A stretch of DNA of 61,376 nucleotides, taken from positions 32,271,960 to 32,333,335 of the forward strand of contig JASCQW010000043.1 in assembly GCA_030264375.1 (NCBI GenBank), in the 5' to 3' direction. Below are positions 35,608 to 48,304 of the stretch, in pieces. A model generated the notes under the pieces. The model saw only the letters and a program-made list of their open reading frames with translations. It made no database searches and was not told where the DNA came from. Source of the stretch: Carcharhinus longimanus. Lineage: Eukaryota. Made by a program: the position numbers and the translations under genes. Position 1 is the stretch's first letter. Each line of letters begins with the position of its first letter.

Positions 35608-35880
35608 TAGAATCAGAGAAACCCCACAGTGCATAAGGAGACCATTCGGCCCATTGAGTCTGCACCGACCAGAATCCACACAGGCCCTATCCTCCTAATC
35701 CCATATATTTACCCTGTTAGGCCCCCTGACATAATGGGGCAATTTACCATAGCTAATCAATCTAAATCACACTGTGGGAGAAAACTGGAGCACCTGGAGG
35801 AAACTACACAGACACAGGGAAAATGTGCAGACACTGCACAGTCAGTTACCCAAGGCCGGAATTGAATCCGGCACTGTGAG
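35608..35880 (-). mobile_element. HE1-type V-SINE, degenerate (a separate head fragment lies at 35385-35428)
   Basis: CCATTCGGCCCATTGAGTCTGCAC...GGGAGAAAACTGGAGCACCTGGAGGAAAC. Confidence 0.82.
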
Positions 35881-36156
35881 GATCCTTTTTAATATGTCTC
35901 ATACCTTTTATCTTTTCAACAATTAAACAAACTCCTTATTTGTTAACACAAGAGACCTGGCTGATTTATTTCTTCGTATAGCTTTACATACGGCCAAATG
36001 TGTACTGAATTGAAAATCACCACCTTTTAAAAATTCGTAATCTGTTATGGCCAATCACAGCGCTGGAAAAGAAAGGAATTGTTCACCCTCCCCACTATCC
36101 CAACCACCCTCCCAATAATGATATAACAATGTAAATGAACAATTTTTGGAAGAGCT

Positions 36157-36443
36157 GGGTGGCATGGTGGCATATAGTGCTTAGAACTGCTGCCTCACAG
36201 CACCAGGGACCCAGGTTCAATTCCCAGCTATGTGGAATCTGCATGCTTTCACCACGTCTGGGTTTCCTCTGGGTGCTCCATTTTCCTCCCACAGTCAAAA
36301 AGATGCAGTGGCTAGGTGCATTGGCCATGCTAAATTCTCCCTCAGTGTAACCGAACAGGTGCCAGAGTGTGGCAACTAGGGGATTTCCACAGTAATTTCA
36401 TTGCAGTGTTAATATAAGCGTACTTGTGATACTAACGAATAAA
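36157..36443 (+). mobile_element. V-SINE with alternative 3' tail
   Basis: Same head and V-domain as HE1, but after CATGCTAAATT it continues CTCCCTCAGTGTA...CACAGTAATTTCATTGCAGTGTTAAT...AATAAA. Confidence 0.85.
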
Positions 36444-36829
36444 CGTAAAACTTTAGCTGTCTGTTGATTCGAGGATTATGTCAACTGAGGGCCATGAGTC
36501 TCTGTCACGGGTCTTCATGTGACAGAACAGGCCAGTTCCCGACCCACAGATCTTTGGGCACTTGTGGCAGGACCCCCACAAGATAGTGGGATCTGGAATA
36601 CAGGATCTACTTCCTTTTCTTTCCTTCTCTATTGCTACTTTGCATCATCACTGAGGCATTTGAACTCAAAACAAATGCAAATTGATGGACAAGTTGTTGC
36701 TATCTTGAATGTTTCAATGAAGAGTGCAGGAGGGCACACCAAGACCAACACCAGGTAAACCTAAAAATGAAGTGTCAACTTGGTGAAGCTACAACACAGG
36801 ACTACATGCATGCCAAACAATGTTCAGCA

Positions 36830-37610
36830 ACATTCGCGACTCCTCTGATGCTGAAGCAGTCCACATCCAAATGCAGCAAGACATAGACAGTATCCAGGTT
36901 TGGGCTGACAAGTGGCAAGTAACATTCCGGCCAGGCAATGACCATCTCCAATAAGAGAAGATCTAACAATCGTCCCTTAACATTTGGCATTCAATAGCAT
37001 TACCATCGCTGAATCTCCCATTGTCAACATCCTGGGCATTCCCATTGACCAGAAACTGAAATGTATTTTCCATATAAATACTGTGGCTTCAAGAGCAAGT
37101 CAAACACTGAGAATCTTGTGAAAGGTAACTCATCTCTTGACTCCCAAAGTCTGTCCACAATCTACAAGGAACAAGTCAGTAGTGTAATGGAATACTCTCC
37201 ATTTGCCTTGTTGGACCTCTAACAACACCCAAGAAGCTTGACACCATCCAAGACAAAGGAACTCATTTGATTGTTTCCCTTTCCACAAACATTCAATATC
37301 TCCATCACCAATGAATAGTGGCAGCCTTGTGTACCATATCTACAATATGCACTGCAGGAACTCACTAAGTTAATCAGCACCTTCCAAAACTACGACTACT
37401 ACCATCTAGATGGAAAAGGGCAGCAGATACCTGGGAACACCACCACCTGGAGGTTCTCTCCCTAAGAGCACTGTGGGTATACTTACACATCAAGGACTGC
37501 AGAGGTCCAAGAAGGCAGCTCATCACCATCTTCTGAAGGACAACTAGGAATGGGCAATAAATGCTGGTCTAGCCAGCAATGACCACATTCTATAAATGAA
37601 TTTTTAAAAA
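36830..37610 (+). mobile_element. CR1-clade LINE 3' portion
   Basis: MQQDIDSIQVWADKWQVTF; ILGIPIDQKL; IYKEQVSSVMEYSPFA; tail GGGCAATAAATGCTGG. Confidence 0.85.
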
Positions 37611-38344
37611 GATTGATCTCAAGCTTCTCCCAGGCATTAATCTCAATGCTGCCTCAATTCAAGGAGAGCTTCAGAGTGCCTTGGAAATAGTAGGAGAGGT
37701 TATTTTTGGGCATCTGGACAAATTGTTGAGCCCATTCTAGTTAANNNNNNNNNNNNNNNNNNNNNNNNNNNNNNTGGCTTCAGGAAAGACACTAATGGGT
37801 ATCTAACCCATTGATCGTCAGCCTTGCTGAGGGAGGAGCAGCTCCTCACATGGCTGGAAGGTTAAATGTGATGGAAAGCAGCCATGGTGGAAAGGGCTAG
37901 GTGCAGCACAGATGCTGATGCTAGTTAGCCCCATACATTTGAATACATATCAACAGAAAGAAATGAACTCTGCCCCACTGGCGAACCAGATAGATGTGCC
38001 CAGGACTGTTCGAGCTTGCCTAAAGAAACACTGAAAATTGCAATGCCAAATGGATATGTTCTTTAACAAGCTCCTTAAGGAACTTAAAGGGCTGTTTACT
38101 GGTGGCGACCACCTTTCAAGCTCCCTCCATTCGCCAACTCTTTGAAGAAACAAAATTGTCCCAAAGGTGTTGCGATCTTGAGATAATCTCCAGGACTGTA
38201 ATTTTGAATTCCCACCCGCACAGCTGCTAGCTCTGAGAATTTTTGAAACTCCAATCCAAGGAAGGAGAACAGGCCAAGGGTCAAATAAATTGTTCCATTT
38301 ACTTTATAGTTACTGGATTCTTTATAGTTACACAGAAGTACATT

Positions 38345-38845
38345 GCGTGATCAGCACATAGACAGGCCATTCAGTTCAACTAGTGTTTATAAACTACATA
38401 AGCATCCTCCCACTCTTTAGCTCAGCTCAGCCTTTTAATGTATCTTTCTATTCCCTTTTCTGTCATGTGCCTTTTGAAAGCATTGAAGCTCCTTGTCTCA
38501 GCCACTTCCAATAGTATTGTCTGAACAGAAAAAGAAACTCCTATTACCCTATTGGATTTATTAATAGGTACCTTGCACTTATGGCTCCTGGTTTTGAATT
38601 TTCCTATAAGTGGAAACATTCTTTCCTAAACTAGTCTATCTAACCTATTGATAACTTTAACCAAATCTCCTCCAAGTCTTCTCTTTTCTGAAGGAAAGAA
38701 ACCCCAAGTTGTTCAATCTTTCCTCGCCATTGTAATCTTTCAGTTCTGACAGAATCCTTGTTAAAAAAGTACATATTCTCCAGCATTCCTGTATCCTTTA
38801 TGTGGAATGGAGACCAGAGCTGTGCACAATACTCCAACAGTGGCT
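38345..38845 (-). mobile_element. CR1 LINE 3' portion
   Basis: LEYCAQLWSPFH; MFPLIGKFKTRSHK. Confidence 0.8.
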
Positions 38846-39056
38846 GGTTTAAGTCTTGCTTCTTAATCTACTCATCAGTTTTCTAAATGTTACACTTTTT
38901 CACTGGCATTCTGGGTGCACATAGTTCAGTGAATTTGTATCATACACCAACATCTAGGTGCTTCCATGCATTCCTTCCCAGAGAGAGCAACTGTGATATG
39001 AAGCAATGGAATTTGATGCAAATGGATAGTTACATTTTCACATTGTAAGCCAACTG

Positions 39057-39460
39057 ATCTGATTTGATTTGGTTTATTATTGTCACATGTATTAATATAC
39101 AATGAAAAATATTGCTTCTTGCATGCTCTGCAGACAAAGCATACCTTTTATAGAGAAGAAAAGGAGAGAGTGCAGAATGCAGTGTTACAGTCATAGCTAA
39201 GATGTAGGGAAAGATTGACATAGTGCAAGGTAAGTCGATTCAAAAGTCTGATGGCAGCAGGGAAGAAGCTGTTCTTGAGTCAGTTGGTACATGACCACAG
39301 ACTTTTGTATTTTCCCGATGGAAGGAGGTGGAAGAGAGAATGTCCAGAGTGTGTGGGTCCTTAATTGTGCTGGCTGCTTTGCCAAGGCAGCAGGAAGTAT
39401 AGAAGATGTCACTGGATGGGAGGCTGGTTTGCATGATGGATTGGGCTACAATCATGACCT
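39057..39460 (-). mobile_element. Rex1/Babar LINE 3' end
   Basis: GATTTGATTT tail; CCLGKAASTIKDPH. Confidence 0.82.
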
Positions 39461-39909
39461 TGTGACTTCACCCCTGACTTGTCTCACCTGAAATGGAACA
39501 TCCCAGACTTGAACAATCTTTGTCAAGATCTACAAGTTAGCAACTTACTGCAAGGAAGAAGACAAAAGAATGAGGGTGTTCAACCTCCCTACTTTGCTTT
39601 CTCTTGTTAGTTCAGATGAGTTTATATTAAACAGTTTGCAAAAGGTTTGACTTGCTGCTTGCTATCTGTGTCCTCACACATGTTGACCATCCTATCACCA
39701 TTATTTTCCTCCCTGTTGGCTGTGCTGTCTCTAATGTTTCCCTGTTAGGCTAGCCTAGTGCTGCTGCCCCCTTCCTGTAGCTAAACATATCCACACTAAT
39801 AAAGGTTTCCTCATACCACGCTCCCTTCCCCCACCAACCAGCCTTTGCTCACATCCTTTAATGGCGTGTCTTGATTCAGCAAAATAAAGCTCCTTCCAAC
39901 ACTTTGATT

Positions 39910-40030
39910 CCATAGAATGCAGAAAAAGCAATTTGGCCCATTGAGTTTGTACTGACTGCATGATAGAGTACCTTTCTCAGGCCCTCACCCCCACCCTATC
40001 CCTGTAACCCCACACCCATCCTGACACTGG
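39910..40030 (-). mobile_element. HE1-type SINE tail fragment
   Basis: CATAGAA...TTGGCCCATTGAGTTTGTACTGAC...CCCTATCCCTGTAACCCCACAC. Confidence 0.65.
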
Positions 40031-40647
40031 GGGAAGAAGAGAACCCAGCTCAATGATGTTTAAAGAAAGGGAGAAATGAATTTTTAAACCGAACATATGA
40101 AACAGACATATGTATATAATGTTTGGATTGATTTTTAGATTTTGTTAAGTTCCTTTTAACCACAATGCAACACACATACATTTGTTAAACCTTCAGGAAT
40201 TCTTTGGCATTATACAAATACAATGAAGTTCTTAGGAACTTCTCAAGGTTGCAAAGTAGATTAAAGATTGTAAGGTATGGTCTAAGTTTGCAGTGACGTG
40301 CCAAAGATTAGAAAAGTGGATGGTGGGAATTAAATTACTTCAGTGAGACTTCTTAACAAATTTCATTTCAATCACCGGAATAGATCAAGGGAGAGAGAGT
40401 AACATTTGAACAAAACAACTGCAAAAAATACTAGAAGGAATACTGTACCAGAAAGAGGAAAGCAGAGAATGGTAAAAAGCCACAGAAGGACGTGGCTGAA
40501 AAGTATTTTCTTTGGTGGGAGAGCATAACTTTATTTAGTACTTGCCTGGGTATCCAGCTGGAGGTAGTTAGATCATAGGATCCAGGTGCCATTGCCTTGT
40601 TTTTCCAGGAAACTTTCCAGGAGAGTTTCCAGGTTCCGGTTTATGTC

Positions 40648-40922
40648 TTAGAATCATTGAATGATTACAGGCCATTTGGCCCAACACATCTGCACTGGCT
40701 CTCCCAATGAACAATTCACCACCTTCTCACTGTAACCTGTATTGACTTTTCAGATAATTATCTAATTTCCTTTTGAATGTCTCAATTGAACATGCCTCTA
40801 CCGTAATTTCAAGCAGCACATTCCAGATCCTAACCACTTGCTGTGTGAAAAAGTTTTTCTTCATGTCGCCATTGCTTCTTTTTTCAATAACTGTAAATCT
40901 GTGCCTCTCATTCATGATCTTT
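40648..40922 (-). mobile_element. CR1 LINE 3' end
   Basis: HRFTVIEKRSNGDMKKNFFTQQVVRIWNVL...ETFKRKLDNYLK. Confidence 0.85.
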
Positions 40923-40939
40923 TCATAAGTATAAAATAA

Positions 40940-41226
40940 GTGATAGCCATTGACTGATCCAAGCCTCAAGATAATACCTTGACCAATCAGAGTCAAACTG
41001 CCTGATTTAAAATTTTCAAACAATGCTTAGCAGTTAACTGTCAGTCACCATTAACTGATGCATGTTCCATGGCAACACTTCTACCAATCAGAATCCACTT
41101 ATCAACCAATCAGCACTCTCCTCTCATGTGGTATAAAGTTGTTGCTTCCCTTGACATTGGTATTTTGTGATTGTCCTGATGAGTCAAGTCACAAAGTTTT
41201 GACAAGACGTCTTTTTTCAGCAATAC
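40940..41226 (+). mobile_element. Penelope-like terminal repeat of another family: promoter motifs plus degenerate hammerhead
   Basis: CCAATCAG three times (40983, 41084, 41106), GTTCCATGGCAAC, TATAAA at 41132, then TTGTC-CTGATGA...AAAG-TTTT-GACAA. Confidence 0.6.
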
Positions 41227-41599
41227 CCTATTACCAAACGATTATTAGTAGACGTTTTGTTTTGGGCTTTATAAGGATGGATTGGTTGAGTACAAACTAA
41301 ATTTTGCCTATTATGAACAATTGAAGGAACATTCTGTTTGATTCAATCAGCTAATCACTGGGACGCATAGCTTATCTACCTGGCATGGCACCAGCACTGA
41401 AATTAATACATGATGTTGCTCAATTGTGTGGTAGGCAGAATGTCTTTTTGGACTGACAGCAGCATCCTGTTACTGGAAAAAATAGCAATTAGTGGCAACA
41501 CTTTATAATGAATAAATAATTGAATATTTATTTTGATAAAACGCAGATGGTGCATAGGTTGCCATCAGTCTGGGAGAATATTACCAGTGGGGTCCCACA

Positions 41600-42750
41600 G
41601 GAGTCTGCCTTCTCCTTCCCCTCCCAAGGTCACCATCACCACAGATGCCAATCTTCGGCCAATTTGATTAATTCCCACATGGCACCAAGAAATAACTGAG
41701 TCACTGAACACAACAAAGAAAATGAGCCTTTACAAAATCCTGGCTGTGGTGCTGAAGACCTTGCTTCAGATCTAGCTCCAGCATGAACCAAGCCATTGCA
41801 ATTCAGCCACAACACAGATATTTACCCAGAAAGGTGGAAAATTGTCATGGTCTGTCCTGTAAACTTAAATAGGACAAATTCAATGTCCTGCAAAATTGAA
41901 GTCTATAGGAATCAAGGGGGAAAACTTTTTACTAGCTGGAACCATACCTGCCTTAAAGAAAGATGGTTGTTATCATTGGAGGCCAATAATCTCAGCTTAA
42001 TGTCATTGCTGCAAGAGTTCATCGGGGTAGTTGTCCTATGTCCAAATGTCTTCAGCTATTTCATGAATAACCTTCATTCCATCCTTAAAATAGAACAAGG
42101 TATATTCATTGATGATTTTACAGTGCTCATCTCCACTTGCAATTCCTGAGATAACAATGTATTTAATGCCCACATGAAGCAAAACCTAGACAAGTTCCAG
42201 ATTTGCACTGATAAATAATGAGCAACACATATATCAGACAATGGCCATCTCTAACAAAAGCGAATTCAACTGTCTCCTTTTGATATTCAAAAGCACTACT
42301 ATCACTAGGTAATACACCAACAACATCTATTGACAAGAAACTCAACTGTATCGGCCACAGAAATGTTCTGCCTACTAAAGGTGGACAGAGGCTGAGAACC
42401 TTTGACAAACGGCTCACCTCTCATGCTAACTGCCAATTAAGATTGAGGAAGCATCTTACAAATATGTGACTTCCATCACCTAGAAGGGCAAGGGCAACAG
42501 ATGCAAAATATAATTACCCACAAGTTTCCACAAAGTGACATACCATTCTACCTTGGGTATATATTGCCATTATGTTATCATTGTTGGATCAAAATCCCAA
42601 AACTTCCTACCTAACAGCATTATGGGAGCACCTTCACTATTACGATTGCAGGGTTCATGAAAAAGACCTGCTACCACATTTACAAGGACAATTCAGAATG
42701 AGTAATAAATGCTGACCTTGTTGGTAAAGCATATAGTCCAAGAATGGATT
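41600..42750 (+). mobile_element. CR1-clade LINE, degenerate RT to 3' end
   Basis: IYPERWKIVMVCPV; VLCPNVFSYFMNNL; IFIDDFTV; tail AATAAATGCTGACCTTG. Confidence 0.75.
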
Positions 42751-42829
42751 CAAAAATATAGTCATGGAATAAATTGCATGAAAGAAACAATGCCAATTAT
42801 AGAGACAGACAGCAAATAAACAGACAGTT

Positions 42830-44230
42830 AAGTTACTGAGAATTTATTAAAAATATTTTTAAATAAGTAATGAACTCAAGAAATTGTTAAGGTTTTCTAA
42901 GTAGCACCAAATTGTATTAGTAGTTTTTGATTTGAACGTCCTATAATAATGTAAATTTTATTCAATTACCTTGGGTAGTAAAGCAACATATATGCAATCT
43001 ATAACTGGGTATTATTTATAGCACAACATTAACAACCATGGCAATATATTCACACCATCATTTATAACAATTATAACAATTTATAACAATTAGTGTTGCT
43101 TAAACTATTTGAATTATCAGTCATTCAAATGCAATATTTGTAATAATTGCAGTTTAATTCAGAATTGAAGCCATATTATAGGAAATGACCAGTGTTTATT
43201 ATAGTTATTATTTTAATGTTTTGAGTAGAGATCTTTTAGCGATAGCAACCAAAGTAACATAATAGAATCATGGAGTATTGTTTAAATAATTGCTATATTA
43301 TTGATAGCAATTGGAGTATTATTTATAATTATTGTTCATAAATTATTTGGAGTATAACTTATGATAGCCATATTGTTATATATTGTAAGTGGGGTAAAAC
43401 TTACAGTAAACACATTATATGTCATCATGAGAGCAACATTCTAATAAATGCAGTAGGATTGATAATTCCAACAGTATTATTGGTAATTTCTTAATGAATA
43501 ATAACAGCCTCATTTTGCCAAAATAATTTACAGTAACTGGAGTTTTAAATTGACAGCATCATTTCTAATACAATATTAGAGTTTTTTGTGAATAGTGCTA
43601 TCTACAATAGTGTTAGTAATTAGAGTATATTGATAACTACAACATATTTTCTAGTAACTACAGTATCATTCATAACTGCAGTATAATTTTAGCAACAATA
43701 ATATTTTAGCAACTGCATAATTTTAGTAACCACTGTATAATGATAGTATAATTTATACATGTAGTATCACTAGTATAATTTCTGTATTATTTTCTAGCAA
43801 CCATCGGTAATAGTTTAGCAACTTCAGTATCATTCATAACAACAACAATACCTTACTGACTGTACTGTCGTTTGTGATTGCGTTAACAACAGTAACTAGT
43901 CATTTTAACTGAATTATCGTTTCAATACCACGGCATCAATGACAGTATTTATTGTATTACTACAGTGGAGCTACAGTATGATTTATTGTTATATTGTTAT
44001 CTTAAAAACTTAATTGTCATTTTAACTAACCTTACTAACCAGCTAATTATTTAGAACTACAGTATTGTTTTAGTACCTACCAAATCATATATAAATGACG
44101 CATTATTTATTCACTATTTTGTTATTGACTTCCGTAACAGTAGTTTTTTTTATTAATGCTGTATTATTTATAAACATAGCATCAAGTTGGTAACTGCAGT
44201 TCTCTTTGTGGTAAATGCAACATTTAATCC
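42830..44230 (+). repeat. AT-rich, highly decayed tandem repeat (about 18-20 nt unit)
   Basis: Recurrent TTTTAG(C/T)AACT(A/G)CAGTAT-like units, clearest at 43630-43850. Confidence 0.6.
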
Positions 44231-44299
44231 TGATACAGCCTAACACCGTAGCCATGTAGCTGTTAACATGACGGTTGATTGCCTTTCTCCTCCATACAT

Positions 44300-47200
44300 T
44301 CCGATGTTCACATTAAAACACATGTCAAAACACACATTCTTCCATCAGGAAAGCAAAGCCTGCCGGTGGCAAATATCTGAGTGCGGGCGCATGCCCTAAG
44401 AATTGTGTTATGGAGAAATGATGTAATCTTGCCTATTCACAATGTGGCCTGGGAGAATAAATCCAGTATAAGAGCATTGTTTGACAGATCCGAGTGAAGG
44501 AATGTGCCATTGATTTGTAGTAACACTTATGTCCTAATCTCACTCACACGAGAGAGGAAATTCCTGCTAAGTGTTAGTTATTGGGTGTTCAGAAGGAAGG
44601 AGCCTGTATGAATCATGTAAGTCCTGAAACAGGGAACTTGGTGAAGACAGGACACTTATTTTTCCTCGAAGTGTTTGCAGGAGCCAAGTCCAATGCGTTT
44701 TTCTTTTTTTAACGTTCTTATATGGGGAATCCTCCTAGCAATAAAGAGATTGGTGAAACTTGTTTTAAATGAATTAAACAAACGAAATGCGGCGCATGCT
44801 GTTAAACCATCGGTTCAAAGGGAAAGCAAGGGAACTCATTCCTGCCCAGTTCCATAGCTTTTTGAAATTTTGGTAACTTTTGTTTCAATTTGATCAATTT
44901 GTTAAAGGGCGAAACTCATCAATTATGGACGGCGGCTACGAAGAAAGTCCATTAGAGAGAGAAAAGGCGAAGTCACATTGGAAAACAACATAGAATTCAA
45001 ATAAAGACGCATCTGTCTGGATTATTAAAATGGGAGAAATAGTCACTAAACTGAGCCGGTTCAGCGATGAATCAGTTAAAATTAAAAAGCTCAATTATTA
45101 AAACTGTTCTTTAAAATGACGAACCACTGTTCTTATACAATAGACAGTATCAATTATCCCCATTTAATGAGTTTAGAAAGATCTTCACTTTCCTGATCCA
45201 ATGTAAAATATGCATCAAAAGTGTTAATAGAAAGTCTTAACAACTGAGACCATGTGAATGCCTCCATTCCGCATTCGCAAGTTTGCGCGTCTCATCTAAA
45301 GGTAGAAACTAATAAAGAGTTTAAATTGTATTCATTTCGTTTTGATTGCGGTCATTTTAAATATCGGACAGCGCTATTTTATAAACCTTGTGGAAAGATC
45401 TAGTAGCGAATATTTTAAAAATCATAAATCCCATTTTCAGAATTCAGTGGACGGCGTGAGAGGGAGTGAGTGTCAAATGGCCAGTTTCAGCTGGGAACCA
45501 ATGACCGTCCAAACGCAATGAAATCTCAATTGATAGCAGCACTTGAAATAATCGTTAAATATAGTTGATTAAAAGGAATGCGAACTTTCATTCTCTTTGC
45601 ATTTCGCTGTCAGCACGCCATGCGCTTTAAATATATAAAATGATGGTGTTATTTGAACGGAGACTAATTTAGGCAGAGGGTCCCTCTATTACCAAGAGCA
45701 AGTCTTCAACATTGGAAAATGCACACTCTGCCCTTCTCTCACCCTCTGACCTTAAGTGTAATTCCTATCTCTAAAATAAGATCCGAAAGGGACCTTTACA
45801 CTATAATGACGTGTTGCATGTCCTTTTTAAATGGTAACATCTTGTCGGATTGCCCTGTGAGAACTTTTTTTATATATTTACCCGCGCTCGCGTTTAAAAC
45901 GAGCAACGCTGCACAACCTTGTAGAAAGTGAAATAGTTCAAAATGCGATGTCCCTTTCTCTGAAATTGAATCTTTTATTTCATTAATAGAAACATTTTGG
46001 AAACACCTCTCTATAATGACTTTTCCCCCTTAAATTCAAGGGGGATGCTCTCTCTAAAGACATGAAAGGACTTGGAAATTGCTGTTATTTCGTTATTTTG
46101 TTATTTCGATGCGGCCTGTTTTTGACGCCATTATTTCTCTTTGCAACAATAGGAACTCTGGCTGACTGTGTCCCGGCTCATTCAGTCTTCTGTGTGGTCC
46201 CCCTTGCCATCAGCACAACAGCTTCACAGCTCCAGCAGTAGACAGCCCGATAAGTTTCCACCACTTTTCCACTCCCATGTTACCAGGACTGAATATCATG
46301 TGAGCTCGATTTTTTAAACAATCCCCGGTTTTGAACCAAAAAAAAGCAGAATAAAATGTTCACAGGCCGTTTGAGGATTGTTCCTTGGGCGTTCTGTTCA
46401 GATGACTGAAGTAATTGTAATTAAAAAGTGAACAAAATAATCTCATATGTGGGCCAAACCTTACGACAAGAAAAGTTCACCAACTTATTTAGGCGCTTAA
46501 TTTATTTCAAAATTGTAACAATGACAAACAAAAATAAACATGCACAATAAGAATCTTTTATTTTAGAAGAAAAGGGCAATGGAGGTGAATGGAAGGTCAG
46601 ATATTAATATTAGGGGTGAGAAGGCTGATCGTTGTATACTTGCCCCGTGTTAAAAAATAAATCACCCCCAAAAAAGGGGTCAACGCAATGTACCTTGCTT
46701 TAACAGCTGAAGTTAGTTTGAAAGCGCGGCCATCAACACGTATAATCTCTTAGCTGAGTCCATTTAAAAGCGGTAATTCAGCAATCCGAATGAGTTTGAA
46801 TCAATTCACTGCACCGTCTCAATTCTCATTGAGATGAAAGCCAGGGAACCTCTCGCCAAAGTTTACCAGCAAACCCCTCCAGAGATCGGCCGACTGTGGC
46901 GGATTATAGCATGTTCATCTGCTGGACCTCCAACAGGACAGGCAAACTGAAAAGAAAAACAATAATTAGGGATAATTGCTTGTGTCCAAACATGAGCATT
47001 AAAGAGCCCTTTGGTACTTGGAGGCGGAATGAAAGAGACACCCCCTGTTTTGACAGCTGGGAAGCGAACATAATTCGTGACAGGCGAAGTGAAACGTCTT
47101 CAAACGTGAATACAAAGGGGAAAATGGGTGCTGGACAAGCGGAGGGAATGGAGACAGAGGCAGGGCGATCCGTACCGACCCGCAACAGGAGGATGAACCC

Positions 47201-47560
47201 AAGACAAAGGCAATTGTCCCAAGGAGATGGACCTTCAGAAAAGATGCTCCGGTTCAGATAGATGAATGGGAGAGTTGGAAGAAAACGCAGTTATAGATGT
47301 GCGAGATTCTAGCGTTTGTGGTAATGGGAATATCTATCAATGTACCTGCGGAAAAAGTTATTACTACCGTATTCCCTCATAAATCTCCAACGTGGCATGT
47401 TGTATTAAAATATCACCCGCAAGCTAATTATTGCCCTTTTGAGGGCAGGGAAATGTTTAACAACAGATTCCGATCTTTATTTCTATCCGCTGTCCATTAT
47501 AGAGCACTGAGTTCATTTAACTAACCTATTGACTTCATAAGTGTATTAAAACGCTATCTC
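44300..47560. promoter_or_regulatory. Second repeat-free, CpG-retaining domain with enhancer-like blocks
   Basis: No TE recognised; frequent CG; motif-dense blocks at 44340-44560 and 46110-46310. Confidence 0.45.
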
Positions 47561-47574
47561 TCCGCAGGCACTGC

Positions 47575-47920
47575 GGAGAGATTATATTACTGAAGTGTAA
47601 TTCAGCGAAAAAAAACGAGTTCAAATTCCCCCATGAGCGTTTAATAATTTGATTTTAAAAATCGGATTTTCTTTTGTCAAAAGCTGGCACCAGTGAAAGT
47701 GACCATGGAACTGTTGGATTGTTTTAAACGCTCAGTTGGTTCGCTGCTGCCTCTTAGGACGTACTGTCCTTGTCTGGTCTATATGTGACTCCCATACCTC
47801 GACTGACTCTTCACTGCTGTCTGAAGTGCCTGAATTCCGGTGTATGAATCTTTCTTATGGGGATGGGCAATAGATCCCGGCCTTGCTAAAGGAATTGCCA
47901 CATCTCAAGAATGAACTTTT
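47575..47920 (+). mobile_element. tRNA-derived SINE, same family as 4255-4540, old copy
   Basis: B-box-like GAGTTCAAATTCC; GTGACCATGGAACTGTTGGATTGT; tail GGGATGGGCAATAGAT...CCACATCTCAAGAATGAA. Confidence 0.6.
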
Positions 47921-48304
47921 AAATTTCTAAACTGGTTTCTAGTTTTTATTTTTTAAAAAGGGTCAATTTAGTTTTCATCAGATTTAGCCTCAATCCAGTA
48001 TATTCTGTGTGCATAATTCCGTACTTGACTATTTCTATCTTGGCCAAGTAACCCTAAATGACCCTACCCTTTAGACCCAAGTATTTAAATCCAGAGTAGC
48101 TAGCATGCTGGTGGATGCTGCCACTAACTTCTGATACTTATTTTCATTTTAAGATATGACCCATCTACACAGAGGTGTTGTCAACTTGGTAGATCAATAA
48201 CTTAAAAAAAATCAAACTTCCTGAAAAGAATCATGTTTTAAAATTTTTCCTATAACAGGCTGAACTTTTCACTCTTAACACAACCAAAAAGCCATTTAGC
48301 CATT

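Noticed and set aside
37775-38290. Coding-looking segment after a gap
   Set aside because: The frame I translated has several stops and no motif I can assign; left unannotated
45361-45375. REST/RE1 site (GGACAGCGCT)
   Set aside because: Only one half-site; the TTCAGCACC half is missing. The TTCAGCACC at 17995 likewise lacks its partner.
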